From Convolutriloba macropyga (taxonomy: Eukaryota), in NCBI RefSeq assembly GCF_964194025.1, contig NC_134472.1, positions 72,478,001 to 72,542,000 of the forward strand: DNA of 64,000 nt, read 5' to 3'. The position numbers were made by a program, and so were the translations under genes. The notes beneath the pieces are model-generated. The model searched no databases, had not been told where the DNA came from, and was given only the letters and a program-made list of their open reading frames with translations. Positions 12,501-24,622 of the stretch are shown here, piece after piece. Each line of letters starts with the position of its first letter. Positions within the stretch are counted from its first letter, which is position 1.

Positions 12501-13697
12501 AAGCTATGTCCCCACTCCGTGCATCTTGAGACTGATAGAAGGTTTGAAGAATAGTCCGGCACACACAGAACATTTTTGAGTTCGCATTGGAATTCCCCTT
12601 TGTTTGAGGGTATGCTGATCCTCACACAGCCTCTGCCCACCACTCTGGAAGCCTCTCCGTTGGGATTTCTGACCACTGATTGAATGGGCACAAAGTCCAA
12701 AAACGCATCGATGTTCGTCACTATGTGATCTGTACAACCACTGTCCACTAGCATGCCTGCTGTCTTCCACTGGGTAAGAGCTGCCCAGCATTCCTCGTCT
12801 GGTGTAGCCAATGTTGGACCCATTGCCACTGACTCATGTTTGCCTCCATCTCTTTGTCTCTTGCATGCCCTGTCTAGGTGACCCTTCTCACCACACTTGC
12901 TGCATTGTGCTGTCTCCTTCTTCCTGCAGTCCTTGGCAAAGTGTCCAGGGATCCCACACACAAAGCAGTTTCCTTTCTTGGGTCCCTTCTTGAAGTCACG
13001 CTTCACTGCCAGTGCCACTGAACCACTTTGTCCCTTGTGTCTCTGCACCGTGCTCTCATGAAAGTTCTGCAGCCTTTTCCTCAACTCTGTGAAGTTCGTT
13101 GCCGGGTTGAAGCTTTCCTGTATAACAAAACTTTCATACCTCATTGGCAGACCATTGAGGACCAAGGCGTTGAAGAGGGTCTCTGAGACTACTTCCCCTG
13201 CTTCTTGTAGCCTTGTGAGCAACTCCTGTCCTCTGATGAAGAAGCTGTCCAAATCCTCAGAATCCTCGAGCTGCAGTCGAGCAAGCTGTGCCACTAAAGT
13301 CACCACAGTCGGCGTCTCCACACTCTGAAATCTCTCTTGCAAAAGCTTCCAAGCCTTTGCTCCATCTCCAATGCCGTCATCTCCCACACAGTCATGTCTC
13401 ATCAGCATGAGGGTTGTTGCATCTAGAGTCAGTGCCAGATGGCACCACACATTGTTCCGTTTCTCCTTGATGTCTGCAACTTCCTTCTCATATGCATCCT
13501 TCAGCACCTTGTGGTTCTTCTTTTCATCATTGGTTGCCCCATTGGCCAGTGGCGCAGGCTCATTGGGTTGCTCCTGTCCCCAGTAGTGATTTGTAGAGTC
13601 CCTTCGTCTGCATCATCGCCACAAATCTTGTGCTCCAGATTGGAAGGTCCTGTGCCTTTCCTGTGTAGGTCAGCAGCTTCACTGTCTGTTGATCCAT
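9512..13697 (-). CDS. Copia gag-pol polyprotein (N-terminus frameshifted at about 13574)
   Basis: Two CX2CX4HX4C knuckles, protease LVDSGC, WHRRLGH..CNVC, integrase D-D-E (FTD/QDN/AER), RT YKARYVAKGF, DVKTAFL, YGLKQA and WVDD, RNase H DADWSG/EAEY/EDN/ADIFTK. Likely true ATG at 13697 (MDQQTVK) lies in another frame. Confidence 0.95.
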
Positions 13698-13815
13698 TGA
13701 AGTTTGAGCAGGCAAAACAGTTGTGAAAAGAAAAGGTACTAAGCAGAAAAAGATTATGACTGTCAACAACAAATTAGTTTTGTTTTGGAAATTAATTTTA
13801 TGACTTAGAAAATTG

Positions 13816-13829
13816 CTGGGCCCATAACC
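13816..13829 (-). promoter_or_regulatory. Primer-binding site GGTTATGGGCCCAG (internal/half tRNA-iMet priming)
   Basis: Directly after the 5' LTR; same PBS type as Drosophila copia, complementary to the tRNA-iMet anticodon arm. Copy 2 has GGCTATGGGCCCAG at 29489-29502. Confidence 0.9.
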
Positions 13830-14438
13830 TGTTGGGTTATGGACTTTCGCAAGCGGAATAAAAAGCGTTTTTAACTAAGTAAAAGAATTAATTTCTCAAA
13901 AATGAGAGAATAACAAAATGATATTTTACAGTAGAATTTAGAGATTTACAGGAGAGATCTGATTATTAGATCAAGATGGTGATTTGAATTTGGGGATGAA
14001 AAAGGACTCAAAAATCAGCTGTATATATACCCATTATCAGTGTGAAAAAGTCAAGATACAAAACTAATCTTAGCACCGTGATTTATAGTGGGGGTCGCAA
14101 AGGTTACCCAATATGGTTTGCTTCTGCAAATCAGTCGCAAAGGGAACCATAAATGGAATGCATTTGCACTTTTCTGAGAATTCATTCACACTTCCGGAGA
14201 TATCATCATCATTTAATACATGCTGGGAAGATTTTACATCAATTAATCTAACTCTAATAATAGTTATCTAGATTCACCAATTTGAACCGAATATTGATTC
14301 TCAGCACCATTTCTTGACGATTCATTTATATAATTTCTTTGATCAAAATCAAATTGCTTGTCTTTCTAATCTGGTAAGTCAAACTTTCTTTCTAATTCTC
14401 ACTAAGTTTAAGACTATAGTTTGATCGAAATTCTAACA
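13830..14438 (-). repeat. Copia 1 5' LTR
   Basis: TGTT..AACA termini; followed on the minus strand by the PBS. Confidence 0.97.
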
Positions 14439-15069
14439 AATGTGGACATGAGAACGAGATCAAAATCAAAAATTTAATATTTAGGAACCTAGAAAGAAAG
14501 GAACCTAGTATTTAGGCACCTAAAAAGAAAAATGAGCTTCATACGAAACAAAAGAAATCACGAGTTTCTCAATGTAGCTACGCTCAGCTTACAGCGTCGC
14601 GGCTTTAAAAACTTTTGAAAAACTGCAAATATACCCTTCCAGTCTTAAGAGGTTTGCACTAGCAATACATGAACATCGAAAAACTTCAATTTGTAACGTT
14701 TTTATTTGTGCAAGACCAAAAAACCAATTCCAATAACTTCACTTAAAATTTAGCAAAAACCAGCTGAAAACCTGGTAGAAACCTCAACATTGCGATCCTC
14801 CATTAGATCCTGATATTGGCTTTACGCCATACAGGCAAATACAGCATATATTAGTCTATTGGAGACAGTACAGCAATGTGTTCTCCTCGCGAGTTACGAA
14901 TTCCGAAGACAGCAGCAATACAATTGTTTGGACCGCAAAAGTAGATAAGCCCAGCTCCTTTCTAACCTCTTTGATTCGTAAAAATATGCGCGCAAAAATA
15001 GCAGGCAGAATGGTTCGCGAGGTTATTAAAAAGAAGTCATATTTTTCGATTTTGAGTGCATATGTAGTT

Positions 15070-15357
15070 AATTTGAACCATGAACCTCCCGCTTCATAAC
15101 CATAGGCACTACCGACTGTGCTATTTGGCCCTACTTTTTACTTTGATGAAACCGACTTTAAATTAGCAACAAGCTTTACTTCGGAGTGAGAACAATAGAG
15201 ATCACTCAAAAATAAAGAACGAAAGCGTGAAAAAGTCACTTGAGAAGTCAAAGAATGTTCTAAAAGAAAAGCGCAAACACGGTCAAGCGAAAAACTTGCA
15301 TAAAAAAGTTCAACACGTTTACAATAATTGTTATGAACTTCGTTCAAGAGCAATTAA
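15070..15357 (-). mobile_element. HINE family A, 5' part, plus tRNA-like segment
   Basis: ...CTTCGTTCAAGAGCAATT terminus; body shared with 53230-53395 and 54530-54720; A box TAGCACAGTCGG and B box GGTTCAAAT at about 15071-15131. Confidence 0.65.
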
Positions 15358-15874
15358 AAAGAAAAGGGCAAAATTTTTTATTTTGAGTTGAGTGTAATTA
15401 TAGTTAATTTAGAAGTTGAGCTATAAACAGCACTGGAAGATTAAAAAATAGCAAATTCGCTTGAATGATTCTTGAATAAATAGTTTAAGAATTAAAGCTA
15501 TTCAGAAGCATTTCTTTTAGTGTCTTACTCCCTTGTGCAATGAAGGCGAATATCATAAACCTTGGGCCTGTCTACATTGTTTTTAATTGAAAAGCTGAGT
15601 TAGCAAAACAAGCCCGTTGAAACAAGCATGAATTTCGAATTACCGAATAACAATTACTGTACAAAATTTACATTTATGTACAAACAGATATCACACAATC
15701 AGTTTTAACATCAAACACATTGAATCAGCCTAATGCTGTTGTTTTGAAGTCAGTTAATCACGCGACATCTCATCTTCACGTTTTTATCATACCTCATCGT
15801 GTAAAACAAACTATGCAGTAAACTTCTAACTTCTTTCGACTACTTTGACTTGGTGATAATAGGTACTGTTGTTG

Positions 15875-18800
15875 TTAAAACGATACTTCCGATTCGTCCT
15901 CCTGTTCGAACTGGACTGAAGACGGTCTGTCAAACGAGGCGGCTTCAACTGGCGCCATGAGGAATCCATCCTCCCCTTCTAGACCAAACTCATCCTGAGA
16001 AGCCACCACGTCTCTAAATTGCAATTCAACCATTCATTCATGCATCTATTTTTCAGTTTCGTTTAAATTAATTATGCATTTCTGTAATGGTATTTATAAG
16101 TTGATTACAATAATCTGTCAAAATAATGGCTTTTAGCTATCACTTCGTGGCTATTAACAAGAGAATTTGACTTTTAAAATTTGAAGTAATGCCTTTCAAT
16201 AGTTTGCGTATACAGTCGCATTGCAATAGCCTAAAAGTTGATCAGTTGTTTCTGGAATTGCAAGACACTCAATTTTTTTGAAGCATTTCAAAGGATTTCT
16301 AAATCAAAATAATCCCCATCAAAATCGAAAATTACTTTAGCAAGGCTTTACTTACTTTTTATCTTGCTCATTAGTTGGAACAACATTGTCATCGCTATCC
16401 GAAAAGAAATCCTCATTCTTTTTTCTACTGACAGCGGTATCCTTTCCGAAATCATCATCATCATCATCAAACGCGTCCGAGTAGGCAAACACATTTCTGA
16501 ACGAAGTCCTTTTTGGTTCCTCAGGAGCCTTGAAAGAATTCACCTCTTTGACTTCCGGTGACTTGCTTCGTTCTATTGGTTGCACTGGAGCAGACCTTGA
16601 GGGTACATCACCAGCCGCATGCATATCTCTTACGTCATCAATATTACTATCCACATTTACACCCTGATTGATTTCACCTTCACCTTCGTTCACGTTTTCT
16701 TGTTCCCCGGGTTGGACTAAATCGTCACTATAATTGAAACTTTCTTCTAAGATTTCATCCACTTCAGCTTGCAAGACTTCCAAATTGCGTTCGACCTCTT
16801 TCAAGTTATTTGTGGCTCCCGTTTCAATATCTTCGTTTTCAACGGAAGGGGCTTCAAATGATTCAAAATCGTCAATCAGAGGTTCCAGACCATGTTTAGA
16901 GCTAACAGGAGGAAGATCGAACTCAAATTCTTCAAAGCCGGATGCATCCCACTTAGATTTGGGATCTCTCGATTGGGGAAAAGTTGGTTTTAGACCCTTG
17001 GAACTGCTTTCAACTTTACCGAAGTCAATGTCAGAAGGGCCGTTTACAGCACTGTCTTGTTCTATTGGTCCAAGCCGATTAGGCCAAAACACGTCCGAAG
17101 GTTTAGGTCGTTCTTTAGAGCCTTTGCTTTCGGGTGCAGGGCAATCAAAACCGATTGTGGTCCCATTTTTCTTTTGGTTGCTTCCCGATGAGAGATACTT
17201 TCCGAATATAACTTCATTTGTTGCTTCTCTGTCAAGCCCTGAGCTCCATTTGAACTCAGTTGGGGGTGCAGCTGAAATTCACATAATGATTCTAACCCAT
17301 TTCGACAGTTACACTGATTGATTCAATTCATCTCTTAAACCCACCCAAATTTAAATGTTGCCAAAACAAGATTCTTTACTAATGAGCCTACTGCTAATAT
17401 TAATCGGGAAATAAGATATTGGGCGAAAACTCGATTAGGCAAACACGTTTTTTTATATCCATTTGGCAAAAATTGTGATACAGAAACATTTGTGAGGAAC
17501 TTTTAAGTACTTACTAGCGTCAAGTAGATTTTCAAGTACCGTCTTTTAAGTGTTTTAATAGGTATTCACCTAATGTCCACAAAACGTCAATTCAAAATTT
17601 TAATACATTAAGGTGTTCACACCATAAGCAGAAGTCTCCAAAGCAGTTTCTGTGAACTGCATACTTAGACACTAGTGATCTGGAAGGCTCTAGGTGAACT
17701 AAAATCCCATTGAGAGCTACCTCTTTATCCCATTTCTGAGGAAGAAAAGTCAAATGGGTCTGATGAAAAATCGGTCAAGCGATAAATCGCATTAAAAAGA
17801 CCAACAGGATTAATATAATTGCTACACACTTCGTTTGAGAGCGATTACCAATGACTTCCTAAAAAGTGCTGGTTAATTTTGCCTAATGGATACAAGATGA
17901 TGTTCACCTAATCGAGTTTTCGCCTAATATCACACCCCCAATTCATCACGTATGAAACTCAGTAGATCAATGGTAACCCGTAACCTGTGTCTAAAAATCT
18001 ATCATACCCGGCAGATTGCCGGAAAATAGCCGCCGTTGATTCCAATAAGCATGATTGGGATTGAACGAACAGAATATATTGAAAAAAAAAAAAGATTTTT
18101 GTACAAAAACATTTTTTTAAGTCCGATTTATTTTGATGGCATTTCGTAGTTGAACATACTTCTGTTTCTTAGAGAGAGGCTACAGGGGCTACTATCAACA
18201 CCAATAAGCATTAGAGATGGTAACTAAGACTTATAGGAACGACGTTCAAATAGCGGGCATCTAAAATTGGGCTTTATGGGTTTATCCCGTTTCTATTTCT
18301 GACTTCAATTTTTTATACTGACTCTGTTCATTTTGAATTGCTTTGCTGAGCAGCTGATGTTCAAATTCACTTTTAGCAGAATGAGAGAAAAGAGAAACTA
18401 GCCTAGAGAAGTCAAAAAGATTTCACGCAAAATGTCGAAAAAGCGGCAAAATGGTAAAGCGAAAAAAGTTCGACGAAGTAAAAAAAATAGGAGCACTATA
18501 ATAGCCGGCTGAGAAGATGAGGGCGGCTATTAATAAAGAACAAGTTCCAAGACAGATAGATTACCAACAAATCAACTAGCACGCCTTACTAACCTATTTC
18601 ATTATTGACAGGAATAGATTTGAAATCAAACTGACTGCGTTTTGGTTGCTCCAGTACTGTCTCCAACTTTTTCACCTCTCTCGGTGATGTGTTTGATGAG
18701 GGTAACTTATAAGTTTCCTGAGCCAGCATGGATAGCCTTTCAGAGTAGCTCTTGTAGCGCGTTTCCAAGTGCTGTAACATACCCAATAATGTCTTTCAAT

Positions 18801-19151
18801 AAATCCGCGCATGAAGCCATTTCCTAATTTCATAGCAAAAAAATTATAGAGCATCTTCAGCAAAAATTATCATTTTTTAAACTCTTGAATTCCTCAAATT
18901 TAAAGCCAAAATTTGAGGGAAAAAGTCCTAGGACACAAAGAAAATTCACAAATGAATGGATGTCAATCATAATACGCAACTTACATCAGCTTCCTGTGAG
19001 AGGTTTTGCATTTTGCTACGACTGTCGGCTAAGAATTGTAGACCTCCGAAAGACATAGCATCCTCTTGTTTCCTGTACATTGTTGAACCTATGTGACCTG
19101 TGGCTGTCTTTCCAAGAACCCTTTGGGCGGTGAGAAATTCCTCGTCTCCGC
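15875..19151 (-). CDS. Unassigned multi-exon protein with a long acidic, disordered C-terminus (exons 19151-18985, about 18823/18792-18594, 17271-16356, 16013-15875); 5' exons not resolved
   Basis: Four GT-AG-bounded open exons with compatible phases, ending ...QFEQEDESEVSF*. No family recognised. Confidence 0.7.
17406..17939. mobile_element. TIR element (GGG..GATATTRGGCGAAAACTCGATTAGG) in an intron
   Basis: About 25-bp inverted repeats at 17415-17439 and 17907-17931; degenerate 8-bp TSD tattaatc/aattcatc. Confidence 0.6.
18004..18536 (-). mobile_element. HINE/Helentron-like element, family B
   Basis: subTIR AATAGCCGCC/GGCGGCTATT, terminal hairpin CCGGCA-GAT-TGCCGG; near-identical to 19742-20264 and to 39252-39793 (inverted). 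Confidence 0.8.
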
Positions 19152-19741
19152 CTGCAAAATAAATCGTTCTAATGCGACAAAACGCAGGGTCGTACAGTAG
19201 CTACAGTGGACGAAATGAGGTATCAAAAAATGTTAAATAGTCAAAATATTACTCAAAACCAGCTGCAAGTTGTAGACAACAAAAGACAATCACGATTGCT
19301 AAAAGATTGCTATCAAGCGAGTGGTTGGTGTCAGTAGCCAACTGGGGTTTAGAGAGGATTGGACGAGAAAGGGGGTCGAAATCGCCAGGTGGAGGAGGGC
19401 GGACGGGTGAGCGTTGGGGGGGGGGTGACTGAGGAGGTGGCGGGGGGGGGGTGACTGAGGGGGTGGTGGGGGGGGGGGGAGTGAAACAGTTTCGGTGAAT
19501 CTAGTACTTAGAGACTAGTAAGGCTGTATGAGAGCTGCTCCGCCATTTAAGGCCCTCCGGTCTTTACCTGTTAATCTCGTTTTTGAGGAAAAGTTGAAAG
19601 GTCAGACGAAAAATTGCATAAAAAAGACCACAGAACAATTATAATTGCTACAAACTTTGAGAGCAATTAAACATGCGTGATTCATTTGATCTCTAACGTG
19701 ATAAAAGCGGGATAGAAAAGAGTAACCGACAACAGTAAACA

Positions 19742-20264
19742 TAACCGGCAGATTGCCGGAAAATAGCCGCCGTTGATTCCAATAAGCATGATTGGGATAG
19801 AAAGAATAGAAGATATTGAAAAAAAAAATTTGTTCAAAAACATTTTTTAAGTCCGATTTATTTTGATGGCATTTCTTCGTTGTTGAACATACTTCTGTTT
19901 CTTAGAGAGAGGCTACAGGGGCTACTATCAATACCAATAAGCATAAGAGATGGTAACTAAGACTTATAGGAACGACGTTCAAATAGCGGGCATCTAAAAT
20001 TGGGCTTTATGGGTTTATCCCGTTTCTATTTCTGACTTCAATTCTTTATACTGACACTGTTCATTTTGAATTGCATTGCTGAGCAACTGATGTTCAAATT
20101 CACTTTTAGTAGAATGAGAGAAGAGAGAAACTAGCCTAGAGAAGTCAAAAAGATTTCACGCAAAATGTCGAAAAAGCGGCAAAATGGTAAAGCGAAAAGT
20201 TCGACGAAGTAAAAAAATAGGAGCGCTATAATAGCCGGCTGAGAAGATGAGGGCGGCTATTAAA
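19742..20264 (-). mobile_element. HINE/Helentron-like element, family B
   Basis: Same sequence and architecture as 18004-18536. Confidence 0.8.
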
Positions 20265-20808
20265 AACAAAGTCCACAGACAAAAAAACAGTAGTTTTTGA
20301 GGATGACAAGCAAAAACCGTCAGACGACACCCGATGGAGCCAAAAATTCGCATTAAAAACTACCACATGACTAATATAAATGCAACAGACTTCACTTAAA
20401 CAAGAACAATACCACTTGATCAAATTTAAGGCTGTAACGAGATAACGCAGAAAAGCCAAGCTCATGTGGAATTGTCAGAAAATAGCTGTAATTAATATAA
20501 AAAGTCTGTGCGACATGTCACAAAAAGCCTCAGTACGAGTGATATACCCTTGGTTCACACTCAATCCTCCAATTAAAGTAAGCACTTCCATTTTGAGAGT
20601 GAGGCGTGAGGCAAGTCAACTGTTTCAAAAAAAAAACTAAGGCGAATAAACATAACACTGAAAGCAATAAAAACGAAAAACGACTCACTCACAGAACAAA
20701 GGGAATTTTATAAATGAATCATGTAGNNNNNNNNNNNNNNNNNNNNNNNGATTTTATAGCCGCTAAGTTGATTATGATGTATCTGTATTGGACCTTATAA
20801 CTTTCTGA

Positions 20809-21795
20809 TTAATTGCTCTTGAACGTAGTTCATAGCGATTATTGTAAACGTGTGTGTCTTTTTACGACTCGAAGAGGAGTATTGATATTCTACAGGTTTT
20901 TTTTAGCAGAAAGCAAGTTTGTTCTTGACTTGAATTTGACTTCTTTCTATTCCAGCTTTTACCTGCGTTTTTGATTTTTGACTTCTGTTTTCGAACATTG
21001 GACTTTAACAATAGCTTAATTTGTAATGTTTAGCAATTGCTATCAGTCTGTAATTCAAGGTGAAGAGGTCAATGTGAGAAAATTTGGATCCCATTTAACT
21101 ACCTACCCCCCCCCAAAAAAAAATACCCCCCACGTATCTAAACCCCCCCCCCCCACCCAACGTACTTACCCCCCCCCCCCCCAGACGTACCTACCCCCCA
21201 ACCCCAACGTACCTACCCCCCCAACCCCATCGTACCTACCCCCCCCTTGTACCTACCTACCTACCCCCCGCCCCCCGCGTACCTACCCCTCCGCAACGTA
21301 CCTACCCCCACTCCAACTACCTACACCCACCACCACCACCTACCTGCCCCCACCTACCAACCCCCGCCCCCCGCCTCAGCACCTACCCACACCCCTGAAC
21401 TGAAAAAGTTATAACGCTTTTTGTATATTGGTCTACTATTTTTGTTATTTCTAGTGTTTTTTCGATATTCTGGTTTTGTCCAAGTTAGAGAAGAGATTGA
21501 TTTGCACTACGATTCGAGTCGTTTCCGGTATTCTACCGGCTATGTTTTTTATGCAAAATTTTATGGCGGCAATTTAATACTAAAAGTCAAATGAAAAGTG
21601 CGCCGAAACTGGTGTCATTTTTTACTTTAAATATAAATAGTGGTATATGTTAACCTCTAATGTGGTTATTTGAAGCCCACTATAGAACTTCTTAGTCCCA
21701 TTTAGGCCCCCCCCCCCGACTGAAGCAGGCTTCAATTGATTAGAGCTCCCACTAGTCGTTCAAGAGCAATTCTTCCGACGTTTAGTCGGTTATGT
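20809..21795 (+). mobile_element. HINE/Helentron-like element, family A, full length
   Basis: Perfect 15-bp subTIRs AATTGCTCTTGAACG (20811) / CGTTCAAGAGCAATT (21757), then hairpin CCGAC-GTTTA-GTCGG and a T-rich end; no TSD, starts after TT. Confidence 0.75.
21098..21395. repeat. C-rich degenerate (GT)ACCTACCCCC minisatellite
   Basis: Directly visible; explains the spurious Pro-rich ORF 21026-21403. Confidence 0.85.
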
Positions 21796-22215
21796 TTGTT
21801 TTTAATTAACGGTTCTTCAGTCTATAAATGTCTGAAACTATTTCAATTCAGAAATGATTTCCCGTTGAACGACTTTGCAGATTTTGCTTGCGCGACAAAA
21901 TAAATTTATCAAAGGTATAAAACTTTAGCGACATGTTTTCTTGTGTCGCATTTTTTAGAATTGAGTCGTGATAGCTTGCTGGGTGTGAGTTATTTTAGTG
22001 CCGATTGTTTTCCCGATTTTTAGTAGAAAAACTATTCAGTTTAGTATTTTTCATAAGATTTTGTGATATGTATTTTGAACTTCCAAAATTCTATTCGCAA
22101 TTATTTATTTTCAGCGCGGTTTACAGCCCTTTCTATCTCTAGATTTCAAAATTCCTTCAGATCTGGTCATATTGTGTGCATTATCACTCATAGTAGCCAA
22201 AGGTAACCAACCACT

Positions 22216-22465
22216 GGGTCTAAGAAATAAACCCCCACGGAAAAAACCTCATTTTAAATTTGAACTTTGGTCGTGATAAATTAGGTTGTGATAGTTTCAT
22301 ATCAAGTCCCACGGACCGCTAAGGCATGGCCATGGCTTGCGAGACATGGCCAAACGCGCTAAATGCGCAGCTCGCTAAAAGTTAAGTGGGGGTTCATTTC
22401 CGTGGGGTTCATTTCCTATCTAAAATAAAGTGGGATTTTTCCGTGGATTTTTTTACCGAAACCGC
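22216..22465. mobile_element. GG-terminated TIR element, 8-bp TSD CAACCACT
   Basis: Starts GGGTCT; imperfect inverted repeats CCACGGAAAAA / TTTTTCCGTGG; caaccact on both sides. Confidence 0.6.
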
Positions 22466-23689
22466 CAACCACTCAACTAATGAAATAAAGCAATGCCAGC
22501 TAAAATAATTTATAGTTTCTCTTGTGATATCAATTAAATATATCCTTTTTTTACTGAAAGTGCACTCAAAAAGATTAAAAAAAAAACATTTTTCACGTGT
22601 CTTGGTCAATTGAACAATACTATTTGACAAACTGCATTCCTGTCATTTCATGGCTACTTTTCATTTCCTGCATTTTTTGCTAGAAAAATTAACGTTTCCT
22701 GTCTTTTTTTCCTTAAATTTTTTTCCTTTGGTTCAGCAAAGCGCGTTCTACCATTCTACCAAGCTTGCAAGACAAAATAATTTTATTTTTCGTTCAGATT
22801 GTTGGTTTTTTGTCTTGCTTTGCTCGCAGCCGTGGTGTACCTTTACCCATTAAGAGCTCCCTTTTCACAAAAAAGGAAAAGGAAGTAACGAAAAAGGAAT
22901 TGCTAGCAAGTAGATAACATTTAAGCATGCTAACGTGAATAGCCCAGTTTGTTGCAAAGCCACGAAATACATGTTGAAGATTAACGTATACTGTGCGTTC
23001 GCGAATTGAGGGGGTAAAATTACACAATTTGCCCGTCGAAACATGTAGGGGATTAAGGCTAAGGTGGTGCACTCTAAAATTTGCCCTGCCGCTGTCTTTT
23101 GTTCACACATATATGTACATACATGCATAGGTTCATGTGGCGCTAATCCATATTACTGGTGAAATATTTATGAGGACAGTAGGTTGTCTCGCGTCTTTCT
23201 TTGTAAAATGATTTCTTTGTTTCTTTCAAAATTATTTCCTTTCCCCACTTTCCCATTTGCTTCCCTTATTTCCCCCTTTCTTTTTTCCAAAGTCAATTTG
23301 TTCATATAGTTTTTTGTTACAATTTCCATAAATGGTTCGATTCGTTCATTTTTCGTTGCTTAGTTACGGTGCAGTTCGTTGTATTGATTTTTATACTTTT
23401 TCCTAGGAAAAATTGTTTTCGTCATCTATTTGAGATGTAACTTCATCAACCGGTTTCCAATGGTAATTTCAATTGATTTATGACAAGAAAGCATAAAAAG
23501 GAAAAGGCAAATTATTGATCAGTATTAACATTAGTTGAACTTAATTTTCAATTCCAATCTTGCAAAAATTACCTGGTCTGCGGTCACGCAATCTTCAGCA
23601 CTCTTTCTGTTTGTACATTCTGATTAGAACAACCTTGTCCAAGAACATTATTTTAATTAAAGCTTTTAATAATTATAGTCTATAATTTT

Positions 23690-24012
23690 ACTGTATATTA
23701 TTGTTATCTTTAATTAGTTGCTCAAAACGCTGCAGAGGTATACCCAAATCGTCAAGGGCTAATCTGCCCAATCTGCGTATCTCTTGTTTGTTTTTTTTTG
23801 CGCAAAATATGTACTTTAGCAGAATCGGCCACAATTCAAAAGGATTGCGGAACCCGTGTTCGCAAAAGTGTCCATTTTTTAACCTAGGAATTGAGATGCA
23901 AGCTGTGTACCCTAGTTTTTGCTCGCTATGTATAAAAATTTTGCTCGAATTACGAATCTTTTTTCGCATTCAGCATATCTCGCTTCCGCGCTGATTATAT
24001 CTAATTTTAGCA
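23690..24012 (-). other. Possible coding exon (weak C2-domain resemblance), apparently frameshifted
   Basis: Acceptor ttttcAG, then LKLDIISAEARYAECEKRFVIRAKF..., ...RRLGRLALDDLGIPLQRF; needs a frame change in a T run. May belong to the 15.9-19.2 kb gene. Confidence 0.25.
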
Positions 24013-24622
24013 CTGAAAGTATCTTTCATTCGCAATTGTGCCTAATTTTAAAATTGGTTTATTGCTTTATTAATTGATAGCAATAAAAAAGATTTAAAGC
24101 TGTTTAAAAGTTAAATATATACCATACAGGTCTCAAGTTTAACACAAGGTTCGTATTTGTAGGTCGGGAAATGGGAATGACATCACCACACACTCCCAAA
24201 ATTTTTTTGCTCTGACGGATTTTTCAGAAAAAAAATCAGTTATACTGGCTAAGATTTGATAATGGTTTACTGCGATTAGAAACCATACAGTTGTTGAATT
24301 TACCACAATGCTTTATTATTTGGAATTGTAAATCACCACCGCCTCTCAAAGTCTTGTTTCTGAGAAATTTTTCAGAAAAAAAATCAATTATGCACTCTTA
24401 GACTTGATACTATTTTGAGAATATAGAGGTTAATAAAATACCACATAGGGCTCCAATTTAACGCAACGTTAATTTATCATGATTTAAGTAATCAAAGTGC
24501 TTTTATAACCATTTGTAGACAAGAAATTATTGACAATAAGATTTAAAGCAGGTTTTGATTTTTAATTGAGTTTTTATGTATTTTTTTTTAGCTTTCTGAG
24601 ATCTCGTTTTTATCTCGGTGAA

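Larger units (their letters stand above)
8896..14438 (-). mobile_element. Full-length Ty1/Copia LTR retrotransposon, copy 1 (recent)
   Basis: 609-bp LTRs with TG..CA ends, 5-bp TSD AATGT (8891-8895 and 14439-14443), PBS, PPT, and gag-PR-IN-RT-RH domain order. Confidence 0.98.

Noticed and set aside
10997-13726. Plus-strand ORFs over Copia (also at 26723-29415)
   Set aside because: Antisense shadows of the gag-pol frame.
18594-18823. Apparent +1 frameshift in a host exon (GGG at 18782-18784)
   Set aside because: An alternative AAG acceptor with exon start at 18792 restores the frame, and a homopolymer error is also possible; cannot be called a pseudogene or recoding site.
21026-21403. Extensin-like Pro-rich ORF
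   Set aside because: Product of the ACCTACCCCC repeat.
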